Origin: Spirochaetia bacterium
Lineage (GTDB): Bacteria; Spirochaetota; Spirochaetia; SZUA-6; Bin103
Assembly (NCBI GenBank): GCA_965203515.1
Contig: OZ241907.1
Span: forward strand, 1,824,001-1,888,000
Length of the DNA: 64,000 nucleotides
Direction of reading: 5' to 3'
In this document: positions 27,701 to 36,159 of the stretch, piece after piece
Numbering within the stretch: position 1 is the stretch's first letter
Layout: the number at the start of each line of letters is the position of its first letter
Translations under genes and position numbers: made by a program
Notes under the pieces: model-generated
The model's input: the letters and a program-made list of their open reading frames with translations, nothing else
What the model was told of the DNA's origin: nothing
Database searches by the model: none

Positions 27701-29625
27701 ACGGGAGCCAGAAGCACGGCTCGGCGCCATGAGTGGTGTGCTTCGTCTCGGCTGACCTCTTCGAGCAGTGCTTGCCAATCGGTGTCATCGACGCAACGTT
27801 CGAGCGACATGCGCGCCGTAAGTTCGACGCCACGTACAAGAGCGGCGGGAACGGCCCGGTCCAGTTCAAGCTGTCTTCGAGTGTCGGGTCTTGAGTACAA
27901 GACGTTCGCGAGCGCCCAATCGCGGTATATGTCGTGGCGAAACATCATACGTTCGCCACCGAGGTCTCTCAGAGTCTGGCTTTCGACGAGAGCGTCGACT
28001 ACGCGCGAGGGGTAGCGGCTTGAGTCCGTCGGTTCGATGCCGGCAATCGCTTGCTCAGCGAGATGGAGCAAGAGTCTTGATCTGTCGCGGCGACCATCAG
28101 ATTCGCCGTCGGCAGTTTGCCACCAACGCTCGGCCAAATCTATCTCGGTGCGTGGACGTTCGTTGTCGGGGTACGCTGCCAAGCGGGAGAGACGGAACAG
28201 GTTACGAGCTACGTTGCGAGCTGGATGTGACTCGGCCAGAAGTGGGCCTAGTTTGGGCGCGGCGCTGACGATTTCATTGACTTCGATTTCATTTAGTTCA
28301 TTGATATGGACGTCGTCATGGCGGAGGGTCGCGAGCGCTTCGTCTGGGAGCCAGTTGGGTTCGTCCCCGCGTCCAAAGTCGCTCCGTGCAGTTACGATCA
28401 AGGCGATACCCCGTATCTTCGCCGCTTCGCGTACCAAGTCTCGGACGGTGGTACGCTCTTCCTGAGAAAAGAAGTCGAGACCGTCGAGGAAGATCGTAGT
28501 ACTCCCGGCGCCGGTCATGTCTATCAAGAGGTCATGAGCGGTGCCTTCGAGACCGAGCACAGCCCTCATCTGTGTCCAGCCACCGGCAGGTGTGCGGCCA
28601 GGACTGAGGACGATGATCGGGGCCTCGGCCGACAGTTGTTCCGCGAAGTGTTTCAAAAGCGCCGACTTGCCGACTCCGGCATCACCGCGTATTTCTACGT
28701 ATCGGCCTTGGTCCAGCACTGCGTGGACTGCCGACATTCTTTCGGCTCGTATCAGCGTGACTCCGCCGACGCGGTCCTCGATGTCATCAAGTGCATGACG
28801 GGAGGCTTCGGCGAGAGATCGGCGTGCATCCCGGTACCCTCGGCGACCGGCTAGCCGAAACGATCCCTCTCGTAGACGCTCGATCAGTCGGTCGCGGGTA
28901 AGGTCTCCGCCGGCAGCCTCGGTCTCGATTGCAAGCTCCACAAGTCGCCGGTGGAAATCACGGGCCCGCGGTCGATCACCGTCGTCAAGCGCTTGAGACG
29001 ATCGTTCGTTGTCCCACGCCTCAGATAGCGATCCGGGTGCGCCGTAGTCAAACTGGAGAATCTGGAAGCGTGATAACAGATGATGTACAGTTGCATCGTC
29101 GTGCTGTGCTTGCGCTACGCGGAGGTTCTCTCTGAACGTGTCTACGAACGTCCGCATGGGCTTGTTGGCGGCGCCAGACCGAAAGAGCCGACCCATGAAC
29201 GTTTGAGCGGAGTCGACCCGCCGTGCCCACGTCAGGACGTCTTGATAGGGTCCGGCGACCTTTTGCGATCCACGGGAGATCGCCACTGCGAGCTGATGAT
29301 TGGTGGTCCGAAATGCCGGTCTTCGAGACGCTTCGGCAACTTGGCCAACGACCTCCCGAAACACGCGATCCGAAGGCGCGAAGGTGACGCTGCGTTTGAC
29401 CTGAATTTCCAGCAGAGTCGCGCATCCCTGGTTGTCGTGGGCGTGTACGACAATGTCATCGAGCGGATGACCCTCCGCACGTCTCTGAAACTCGATGTGG
29501 TCAATGACGACGCCAGGTAGGCCGCGGGGATCGCTGTCAATCAGCATCGACAGCAAGTAGTGGGCGCCGACCTGACCTTCGAAATGAGCGCCGGCGGGTC
29601 CGGTGGATGCAGGACTCGTACTCAT
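24709..29625 (-). CDS. Large nuclease-STAND/NACHT-like NTPase (Avs/AVAST-like), 1638 aa
   Basis: N-terminal GA.FE..V...DDIVV...LEIQVK (PD-(D/E)xK-like); Walker A GDAGVGKS; Walker B IFLDGLD; IVTAR; long C-terminal region; lower GC. Confidence 0.7.
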   Translation of the reverse strand: MSTSPASTGPAGAHFEGQVGAHYLLSMLIDSDPRGLPGVVIDHIEFQRRAEGHPLDDIVVHAHDNQGCATLLEIQVKRSVTFAPSDRVFREVVGQVAEASRRPAFRTTNHQLAVAISRGSQKVAGPYQDVLTWARRVDSAQTFMGRLFRSGAANKPMRTFVDTFRENLRVAQAQHDDATVHHLLSRFQILQFDYGAPGSLSEAWDNERSSQALDDGDRPRARDFHRRLVELAIETEAAGGDLTRDRLIERLREGSFRLAGRRGYRDARRSLAEASRHALDDIEDRVGGVTLIRAERMSAVHAVLDQGRYVEIRGDAGVGKSALLKHFAEQLSAEAPIIVLSPGRTPAGGWTQMRAVLGLEGTAHDLLIDMTGAGSTTIFLDGLDFFSQEERTTVRDLVREAAKIRGIALIVTARSDFGRGDEPNWLPDEALATLRHDDVHINELNEIEVNEIVSAAPKLGPLLAESHPARNVARNLFRLSRLAAYPDNERPRTEIDLAERWWQTADGESDGRRDRSRLLLHLAEQAIAGIEPTDSSRYPSRVVDALVESQTLRDLGGERMMFRHDIYRDWALANVLYSRPDTRRQLELDRAVPAALVRGVELTARMSLERCVDDTDWQALLEEVSRDEAHHSWRRAVLLAPVRSEISINLLKRVSNHLLADEARVLRELIKAVMAVDAVPAREFAAPGADPKIIPEDLYLPGAPSWWRLIEWLLSMDPRLPSVMIPDVARLYAEWCILDAWCIPDEDRITPRLVSWFYRRLTEIEDAHYPDHIRQLQKPFGGTLSNYDVLETHIRSYFLLFCHHNPPLAVKYLQSLETRRKFSILIDSVLGKPGSLARAAPKELAHFTIAALLPKPKREEPHSSPHRRAFEHQNLFVRPSPDLGPFLDLLSHAPPVGLKLVRQIVDHAVSFYDDRADTSVTFTIPLVGGRRIFSRLDSYGWARSFRCPESVVTTALMALEKWGHRRIEQGDPIKAVLADVLRPSSTAAAYLLVAVDLLCKHWPMSREVAIPFAACPELLCLDHILSTSLDTVQDSGARQSSLLDLVGFYATTPPPEQRDRLASLLHAAEDRLRPYGNRSNLADPDFMVFHALNQIDPNNWNVDEQTGSLWYSSPDVEKHHLKRLRDDFDRQYSEFNLQSTIKLAVRNRKLSSPELAAAAATWARGKPLTKEYHWIVVAAAVLTMRDGDDDLRDRNETWAVEVFDSASQAHKIDVDGLSLWSNPVAIALVGWAHLLTHCDSRHGRQAVLGLCARSDGAAAPGFRAVADVLAAIDERLPTAILRTAFAACIRRSNVEGPREITSLISDIAIDSELSWMDGNGGEPMWPTDEADSLPSLKRLQERVDIYSATRWLMSASDILDVHTRPWLRIMADTYARWTAAANGDAPDDTMRFNQGIYEWNEAYFKLLAHCMPGLEPADMDQFALNLITSLPDRPFFDVTEQFILNVDRLYFGRLGMNERQAVHIRSALVRRLTQSRGWRRWDAGSMRVETSLHRAMAALFWADGYSQPQRCLLSSDDADLCDPLLPTLQPMADRVGCYHVTLSLLEISPRPAYLEFIVEAAEAWMKTQSEDSMFWIDYDAGKRLCSLIEVIRQQRPPLLHHGPLRDRVDHLVDALVSAGVTEAAQLEKALSRDPAQER

Positions 29626-29868
29626 GAACAGGTCCGAGGCGTGAAGTCCGTGCCGGCGACGCCGACGAGCGGTGCATCGATGGCGACAGCTGCGCTGTGG
29701 TGTAAGTCTATCGTGATGCTGGACATCCGTGACACCTATCGCCTGCCTCACTGTCGAGGCACAGAGGTAGTATACTGAACCGGCGCACGCAGGGAATGCG
29801 AGCCGAAGGCGACGGCCCGGAGCCGGCCGGCGCGCCGGTGACTCGCTACCCGGCCCGCCGCCTGCCGA

Positions 29869-32247
29869 ATGGACCAGAAGCATCTCTCCGAGCGTGACGT
29901 CTGCACGACGTTGATCACGCCGGCCCTGCGCCGGGCCGGGTGGGACGAGAGCGCGCAGATCCGCCGGGAGGTGAGCTTTACCAAGGGGCGCATCACCGTG
30001 CGCGGCCGGCTGGTCAGCCGCGGCCAGGGGAAGCGGGCCGACTACGTCCTCTACTACAAGCCCAACCTCCCGCTCGCCGTGATCGAGGCCAAGGATGGCG
30101 CCCACGCCGCCGGCGACGGCATGCAGCAGGCGCTCGACTACGCCGAGACCCTGAACGTGCCGTTCGTGTTCTCGTCCAACGGCGCGGGCTTCCTGTTCCA
30201 CGACCGCACCGGGACCGGCGCCGCGCGCGAAACCGTCCTGGCCCGCGACGCCTTTCCCTCGCCTGCCCGCCTGTGGGAACGCTATCGCGCCTGGAAGGGG
30301 CTGACGCCCGAAAGCGAGGCGGTCGTCCTGCACGACTATTTCGACGACGCCGGCGGCAAGGCGCCGCGCTACTATCAGGTCAACGCGATCAACGCCGCGG
30401 TCGAGGCTATCGCCAAGGGGCGGCAGCGCATCCTGCTGGTCATGGCGACCGGGACCGGCAAGACCTACACCGCCTTTCAGATCATCTGGCGGCTGTGGAA
30501 GGCCGGGCGCAAGAAGCGCATCCTGTTCCTGGCCGACCGCAACGTGCTGGTCGATCAGACCATGGTCAACGACTTCCGGCCGTTCGGTCCGGCCATGACC
30601 AAACTGTCGTCCCGAGCCGGGACCATCGCGCGCGCCCCTGCCGGCGACCACGGCCGCGGCCGCCGCATCGACACCTCCTACGAGGTCTATCTCGGACTCT
30701 ATCAGGCGCTCACCGGACCGGAAGAGCGGCACAAGGTCTTTCGCGAGTTTTCTCGCGACTTCTTCGATCTGGTCGTGATCGACGAGTGCCATCGCGGCAG
30801 CGCCGCGGCCGACTCGGCTTGGCGCGAGATACTGGAACATTTCTCGTCCGCCACCCAGATCGGTCTCACCGCCACGCCGAAGGAGACGCACTACGTCTCC
30901 AACGTCGACTACTTCGGCGCACCCGTGTACACCTACTCGCTGAAGCAGGGCATCCGGGACGGCTTCCTGGCACCCTACAAGGTGATCAAGGTGCACGTCG
31001 ACCGCGACGTCGAGGGGTACCGCCCCGAGCAGGGGCAACTCGACCGCGACGGCGCCGAGATCGAGGACCGCATCTACAACACCACCGACTTCGACCGCGT
31101 GCTGGTCCTGGACGAGCGCACCAGACTGGTGGCGCGCAAGGTCACGGAGTACCTGCGGGAGAGCGGCGACCGCTTCGCCAAGACGATCGTGTTCTGCGTG
31201 GACCAGGAACACGCCGGGCGCATGCGTCAGGCGCTCGTCAACGAGAACGCCGACCTGATGGCGCGCAACCACCGCTACGTGATGCGCATCACCGGCGGCG
31301 ACGCGCCGGGCCAGGCGGAGCTGGGCAACTTCATCGACCCCGAATCCCGCTATCCCGCGCTGGTCACCACCTCGCGCCTGCTCTCCACCGGCGTCGACGT
31401 GCGGACCTGCCGGCTGATCGTGCTCGACCGCATCGTCGGTTCGATGACCGAATTCAAGCAGATCCTCGGGCGCGGCACCCGCATCCACGAAGAGACCGGC
31501 AAGCTCTACTTCACCCTGATCGACTTCCGCGGCGCCGCGGATCACTTCGCCGATCCCGAGTTCGACGGCGAGCCGGCGCAGGTCTACGAGCCGGAGGAGG
31601 GCGGCGGCATCACCCCGCCCGACGAACAGGAAGCCGAGCCTGACGGCGCTCCTGATGTTCTGCCGGAGCCGAGCGGCGGCGCCGCGCGCAAGGTCTTCGT
31701 GGACGGGGTGAACGCGGAAGTCATCGCCGAGCGGGTCGAGTACCTGGATCAGGCCGGCCGGCTGGTGACCGAGTCGCTACGCGACTTTACCCGGAAGGCG
31801 CTGCGCAAGCGCTTTGCCAGTCTCGACGACTTCCTGAAGCGCTGGCACGCGGCCGACCGCAAGCAGGCGATCGTCGAAGAGTTGGCCGCGGAGGGACTGA
31901 CCGTAGCCCTGCTGGAGGAATTGGGCCGGGACCTCGACCCCTTCGACCTGATCTGCCACGTCGCCTTCGACGCCAAGCCGCTGACCAGACGGGAGCGGGC
32001 CGCGCAGGTGCGGAAGCGCGACGTGTTCGCCAAGTACGGCGCCAAGGCGCGCGCGGTGCTCGACGCGCTGCTCACCAAGTACGCGGACGACGGCGTGCTC
32101 AACCTCGACGATACGCTGATGTTACGGGTCCCTCCGTTGACCGAGCTCGGCACCACCGTGCAGCTCGTCAGGGCGTTCGGCGGCAAGGACCGCTTCGTCG
32201 CGGCCGTTCACGACCTGCAGGACGCCCTCTATCGGGAGACCGCCTGA
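29869..32247 (+). CDS. hsdR: Type I restriction enzyme R subunit (EcoAI/EcoEI-like)
   Basis: ADYVL..VIEAK nuclease; MATGTGKT; IDECHRG; LTATP; FKQILGRGTR; DPFDLICHVAF. Confidence 0.95.
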   Translation: MDQKHLSERDVCTTLITPALRRAGWDESAQIRREVSFTKGRITVRGRLVSRGQGKRADYVLYYKPNLPLAVIEAKDGAHAAGDGMQQALDYAETLNVPFVFSSNGAGFLFHDRTGTGAARETVLARDAFPSPARLWERYRAWKGLTPESEAVVLHDYFDDAGGKAPRYYQVNAINAAVEAIAKGRQRILLVMATGTGKTYTAFQIIWRLWKAGRKKRILFLADRNVLVDQTMVNDFRPFGPAMTKLSSRAGTIARAPAGDHGRGRRIDTSYEVYLGLYQALTGPEERHKVFREFSRDFFDLVVIDECHRGSAAADSAWREILEHFSSATQIGLTATPKETHYVSNVDYFGAPVYTYSLKQGIRDGFLAPYKVIKVHVDRDVEGYRPEQGQLDRDGAEIEDRIYNTTDFDRVLVLDERTRLVARKVTEYLRESGDRFAKTIVFCVDQEHAGRMRQALVNENADLMARNHRYVMRITGGDAPGQAELGNFIDPESRYPALVTTSRLLSTGVDVRTCRLIVLDRIVGSMTEFKQILGRGTRIHEETGKLYFTLIDFRGAADHFADPEFDGEPAQVYEPEEGGGITPPDEQEAEPDGAPDVLPEPSGGAARKVFVDGVNAEVIAERVEYLDQAGRLVTESLRDFTRKALRKRFASLDDFLKRWHAADRKQAIVEELAAEGLTVALLEELGRDLDPFDLICHVAFDAKPLTRRERAAQVRKRDVFAKYGAKARAVLDALLTKYADDGVLNLDDTLMLRVPPLTELGTTVQLVRAFGGKDRFVAAVHDLQDALYRETA

Positions 32248-32252
32248 CAGCC

Positions 32253-33710
32253 ATGTCGGTGCGCACGCACATCAAGTCGATCCAGGACATCATGCGCCAG
32301 GACACCGGTATCGACGGCGACGCCCAACGCATCAGCCAACTGTGCTGGATGTTCTTCCTCAAGATCATCGACGATCAGGACCAGGAGCTGGAACTGATCC
32401 ACGACCACTACGAATCGCCGATCCCCCGGCGCTACCGGTGGAGCGCCTGGGCCGCGGACCCGGAGGGGATCACCGGCGAAGCGCTGCTCGACTTCGTCAA
32501 CGCCGACCTGTTTCCTTCGCTGAAGGAGCTGCCGGCAGCGGGGGCGGGCGGCGGCCGCCGCCGCGTGGTGCGCGACGTGTTCGAGGACGCCTACAACTAC
32601 ATGAAGTCCGGCCACCTGATGCGGCAGGTGGTCAACCGGATCAACGGCATCGACTTCAACGACCTGACCGACCGCCAGCACTTCGGCGACATCTACGAAC
32701 ATTTGCTCAACGACCTGCAATCGGCGGGCAACGCCGGCGAGTACTATACGCCGCGCGCCGTCACCGCCTTCATGGTCGACCGCATCGACCCCCGGCCCGG
32801 CGAAGTGCTGTTCGATCCCGCCTGCGGCACCGGCGGCTTCCTGACCTGCGCCCTGCGCCACATGCGCGAGCGCTACGTCAAGCGGCCGGACGACGAACCG
32901 ACCATGCAGGGCGCGCTGCGCGCGGTGGAGAAGAAGCAGCTTCCGCACATGCTGTGCGTCACCAACATGCTGCTGCACGGCATCGCGGAGCCCGGCTTCG
33001 TGCGCCACGACAACTCGCTGGCCCGTCCCTACGTCAGTTGGGAGCGGAGCGATCGGGTCGACATCGTGCTCACCAATCCGCCGTTCGGCGGCAAGGAGGA
33101 GGACGGCATCGAGAGCAACTTTCCCGCCCACTTCCGCACCAAGGAGACCGCGGATCTGTTTCTGGCGCTCATCGTCCGCCTGCTGAAGCCGGGCGGGCGC
33201 GCCGCGGTCGTGCTGCCGGACGGATCGCTGTTCGGCGAAGGCGTCAAGACGCGCCTCAAGGAACACCTGATGGCGGAGTGCGACCTGCACACCATCGTGC
33301 GCCTGCCCAACTCCGTGTTCCGCCCCTACGCCTCGATCGGCACCAACCTGCTGTTCTTCGAGAAGGGCGAGCCGACCCGCGACCTCTGGTTCTACGAACA
33401 TCTGGTGCCCGCCGGACAGAAAGCCTATTCCATGACGCGGCCGATCCGCCTGGAACACCTGCAAGGCTGCATCGACTGGTGGGGCGGGCCGGAACGCCGC
33501 GGCCGCACCGAGACCGAACGAGCCTGGAAGGTGACCGCCGAGGAGGTGAAGGCGAGAGGCTACAACCTCGACGTCAAGAACCCGCACACCCGCCAAGACG
33601 ACCATGGCGATCCCGAGACGTTGCTGGCCGAGTTGACCGCCGCCGAGGCGGAAGCGGCGACCGTCCGCGACCGGTTGAAGGCGATGCTGGCCGGCGCCCT
33701 GACCCGATGA
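32253..33710 (+). CDS. hsdM: Type I R-M methyltransferase subunit
   Basis: GEYYTPR; DPACGTGGFL; TNPPFG; IVRLP..VF.PY. Confidence 0.95.
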   Translation: MSVRTHIKSIQDIMRQDTGIDGDAQRISQLCWMFFLKIIDDQDQELELIHDHYESPIPRRYRWSAWAADPEGITGEALLDFVNADLFPSLKELPAAGAGGGRRRVVRDVFEDAYNYMKSGHLMRQVVNRINGIDFNDLTDRQHFGDIYEHLLNDLQSAGNAGEYYTPRAVTAFMVDRIDPRPGEVLFDPACGTGGFLTCALRHMRERYVKRPDDEPTMQGALRAVEKKQLPHMLCVTNMLLHGIAEPGFVRHDNSLARPYVSWERSDRVDIVLTNPPFGGKEEDGIESNFPAHFRTKETADLFLALIVRLLKPGGRAAVVLPDGSLFGEGVKTRLKEHLMAECDLHTIVRLPNSVFRPYASIGTNLLFFEKGEPTRDLWFYEHLVPAGQKAYSMTRPIRLEHLQGCIDWWGGPERRGRTETERAWKVTAEEVKARGYNLDVKNPHTRQDDHGDPETLLAELTAAEAEAATVRDRLKAMLAGALTR

Positions 33711-34600
33711 CCGCGCACCGTCTGCTCGCCCACTTCGATGCGGTCGTGGAAACGCCCGGCGCCGTGCAACGCCTGCGCCGCTTCATCCTCGATCTGGCCG
33801 TGCGCGGCAAACTGGTGCCGCAGGACCCGAACGACGAACCCGCTTCCGAGCTGCTGAAACTCATCACAAAGGAAAAGAATCGGCTGGTTGAGGCGAGAGA
33901 AATCAGGAAGCCTCGTGAGTATCATGGGCGTGATCTCCTTTCAGCACCTTTCGATATTCCATCTTGTTGGCTGTGGGTCAGGCTCGGAACAGTTGGAGCA
34001 GTCGTTGGAGGCGGAACTCCAGATGCAAGCGACTCCGACAACTTCACCGATCCCGGGACTGGAATTCCATGGCTGACCCCCGCGGACCTGGGACGACACC
34101 GGAAGTTATTCATATCGCGCGGGGCGCGTGATCTTACCGAGCAGGGACTTCGAGCGTCTTCGGCGACACGGATGCCCGCGGGAACCGTACTCTTTACGAG
34201 TCGGGCACCGATCGGTTACGTCGCGATTGCTCGCAACCCCATTTCGACCAATCAAGGGTTCAAGTCTGTCGTTCCTTACATTCAGGAATGCTCCCGGTTT
34301 ATCGCGGTCGTGCTGATGGCGTTCGCTCCGGAGATTGACGCGCACGCTCCTGGAACGACGTTCAGAGAAGTATCGGGCAAGATAATCGCTCGGTACCCGT
34401 TCCCACTCCCGCCCCTTGCCGAGCAGCACCGTATCGTCGCCAGAGTGGACGAACTGATGGCCTTGTGCGACCGGCTGGAGGAGCGCCTCGTCACCATGGA
34501 AGACACCCGCCGCCGCCTGCTCGACGCAATGCTGCATGAGGCTTTGTCGAACCCACCCGGTGCCTCTCCTCCGCACCGGGAGGAACGACGGTCAGCTTGA
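33707..34600 (+). CDS. hsdS: Type I specificity subunit, single-TRD (297 aa)
   Basis: ATGA coupling; ILDLAVRGKLVPQDPNDEPASELL; one TRD (GGGTP...SRAPIG...TNQGF); PLPPLAEQHRIV.RVDELM.LCD.LE. Confidence 0.9.
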   Translation: MTAHRLLAHFDAVVETPGAVQRLRRFILDLAVRGKLVPQDPNDEPASELLKLITKEKNRLVEAREIRKPREYHGRDLLSAPFDIPSCWLWVRLGTVGAVVGGGTPDASDSDNFTDPGTGIPWLTPADLGRHRKLFISRGARDLTEQGLRASSATRMPAGTVLFTSRAPIGYVAIARNPISTNQGFKSVVPYIQECSRFIAVVLMAFAPEIDAHAPGTTFREVSGKIIARYPFPLPPLAEQHRIVARVDELMALCDRLEERLVTMEDTRRRLLDAMLHEALSNPPGASPPHREERRSA

Positions 34601-34619
34601 GACGTTGAAGGAGAAGGCT

Positions 34620-36104
34620 TTGCAACCTACGAAGATCGTTGCGCACACGAAGTTTCGGATTGCACCGGTCGATCCCCGCGTGTTCGGCGGGTTCCTCGAG
34701 CATATGGGACGCGCGGTGTACCAGGGAATCTACGATCCCGACAGCGCCCACGCGGATGCCGACGGCTGCCGGGCGGACGTGCTGGCCGCGCTGCGGCGGT
34801 TGAACATGACGGCGATGCGCTATCCGGGCGGCAACTTCGTCTCCGGCTACCACTGGCAGGACGGCGTCGGCCCGCGCGCCAGACGCCCGACGGTGCGCGA
34901 TTTGGCGTGGCAGAGCATCGAGCCGAACCGGTTCGGCACCGACGAGTACGTCCGCCTGTGCCGGACCATGGGCTGGACGCCGATGCTCACGGTCAATCTC
35001 GGCACCGGTACGCCGGAAGAAGCGCGCGACTGGGTCGAGTACTGCAACTGCCCGCCGGGCACCCGCTACGCCGACCTGCGCGCGGCGCACGGCAGCCGCG
35101 AACCGCATGCGGTGAAGCTGTGGTGCCTGGGCAACGAGATGGACGGCCCCTGGCAGCTCGGCCACGTTCCGGCCGACCAGTACGCGATCCGCGCCCGGCA
35201 GGCCGCCAAGATGATGAAGGATGCCGATGCCTCCATCGAGCTGGTCGCATGCGGATCGTGCGGCGTCGGGCTGCCCACCTACATGGATTGGGACCGGGAG
35301 GTCCTGACCCGCCTGGGCGGCCTGGCGGACTACGTCAGCCTGCATCGGTACGTCGGCAATCCGGACGGCGACACGCCGGATTACCTCGCGGTCACCGCGT
35401 CGATCGATCGCCAGATCGAGGAGATGGACGCGGTCTGCCGCTTTGCGCAGGCGCGAGCGCGCAGCCGCAAGCGCGCCTTCCTGTGCTTCGACGAGTGGAA
35501 CGTGTGGTACAAGAACCGCCAAACCGACGGCGCCGGCAAGTTCGCCCCCCACTTGATCGAGGAGGTCTACAACCTGGAGGACGCGCTGGTGGTGGCCGGG
35601 TTCCTGCACAGCTTCGTGCGCCATGCCGACGTGGTGAAGATCGCCAACCTCGCGCAGATCGTTAACGTGATCGCCCCCATCCAGACGCGCGGCGACGAGC
35701 TGCTCATCCAGAGCATCTTCTATCCGTTCGAGATGTTCTCCAAGCGCCGCGCCGGCGTTGCCCTGCAACTGGCGGTGGACGGCCCGAGCTACGCCGGCGC
35801 GAGCAACGGCCGCGTGCCGTTCGTCGATGCCAGCGCCATCCTCGACGGCAGCGCGCTGCAGCTCTTTCTCACCAACCGCAGCGTCGACACGGCCGCGGAC
35901 GTGACCCTGGCGCCGGCCGACGTGTCGGTCACCGCCTGCCGCAGCGCCGAGGGGCTGACCGGGCCGGATGCCAAGGCGGCCAATTCATTGGAACGGGGCG
36001 ACCTCGTCAAGCCGGAGCCGTTCGAGGTCCGGGTGTGCGCCGGCCGCGCCTCCTGTCAGCTACCGCCGCTGTCGTTCGTTGCCATGACGCTGCAATGCGG
36101 CTGA
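34620..36104 (+). CDS. abfA: Alpha-L-arabinofuranosidase, GH51
   Basis: SD AAGGAG + TTG 34620; FGGFLEHMGR.VY.GI; RYPGGNF; WCLGNEMDG.WQ; FDEWNVW; ANLAQIVNV. Confidence 0.92.
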   Translation: MQPTKIVAHTKFRIAPVDPRVFGGFLEHMGRAVYQGIYDPDSAHADADGCRADVLAALRRLNMTAMRYPGGNFVSGYHWQDGVGPRARRPTVRDLAWQSIEPNRFGTDEYVRLCRTMGWTPMLTVNLGTGTPEEARDWVEYCNCPPGTRYADLRAAHGSREPHAVKLWCLGNEMDGPWQLGHVPADQYAIRARQAAKMMKDADASIELVACGSCGVGLPTYMDWDREVLTRLGGLADYVSLHRYVGNPDGDTPDYLAVTASIDRQIEEMDAVCRFAQARARSRKRAFLCFDEWNVWYKNRQTDGAGKFAPHLIEEVYNLEDALVVAGFLHSFVRHADVVKIANLAQIVNVIAPIQTRGDELLIQSIFYPFEMFSKRRAGVALQLAVDGPSYAGASNGRVPFVDASAILDGSALQLFLTNRSVDTAADVTLAPADVSVTACRSAEGLTGPDAKAANSLERGDLVKPEPFEVRVCAGRASCQLPPLSFVAMTLQCG

Positions 36105-36159
36105 CGGAGCGGCGATCCGGCGGCGTCCATTCAGGACGCTACGCGCGCGATCGCCAAGC

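Noticed and set aside
29626..31545. N-terminal 640 aa of the 2278-aa ORF
   Set aside because: Mostly antisense shadow of hsdR; protein-like sequence begins at ATG 29625
32342..33706. N-terminal extension making HsdS 752 aa
   Set aside because: Alternate frame inside hsdM; the true start is ATG 33707 in an ATGA overlap
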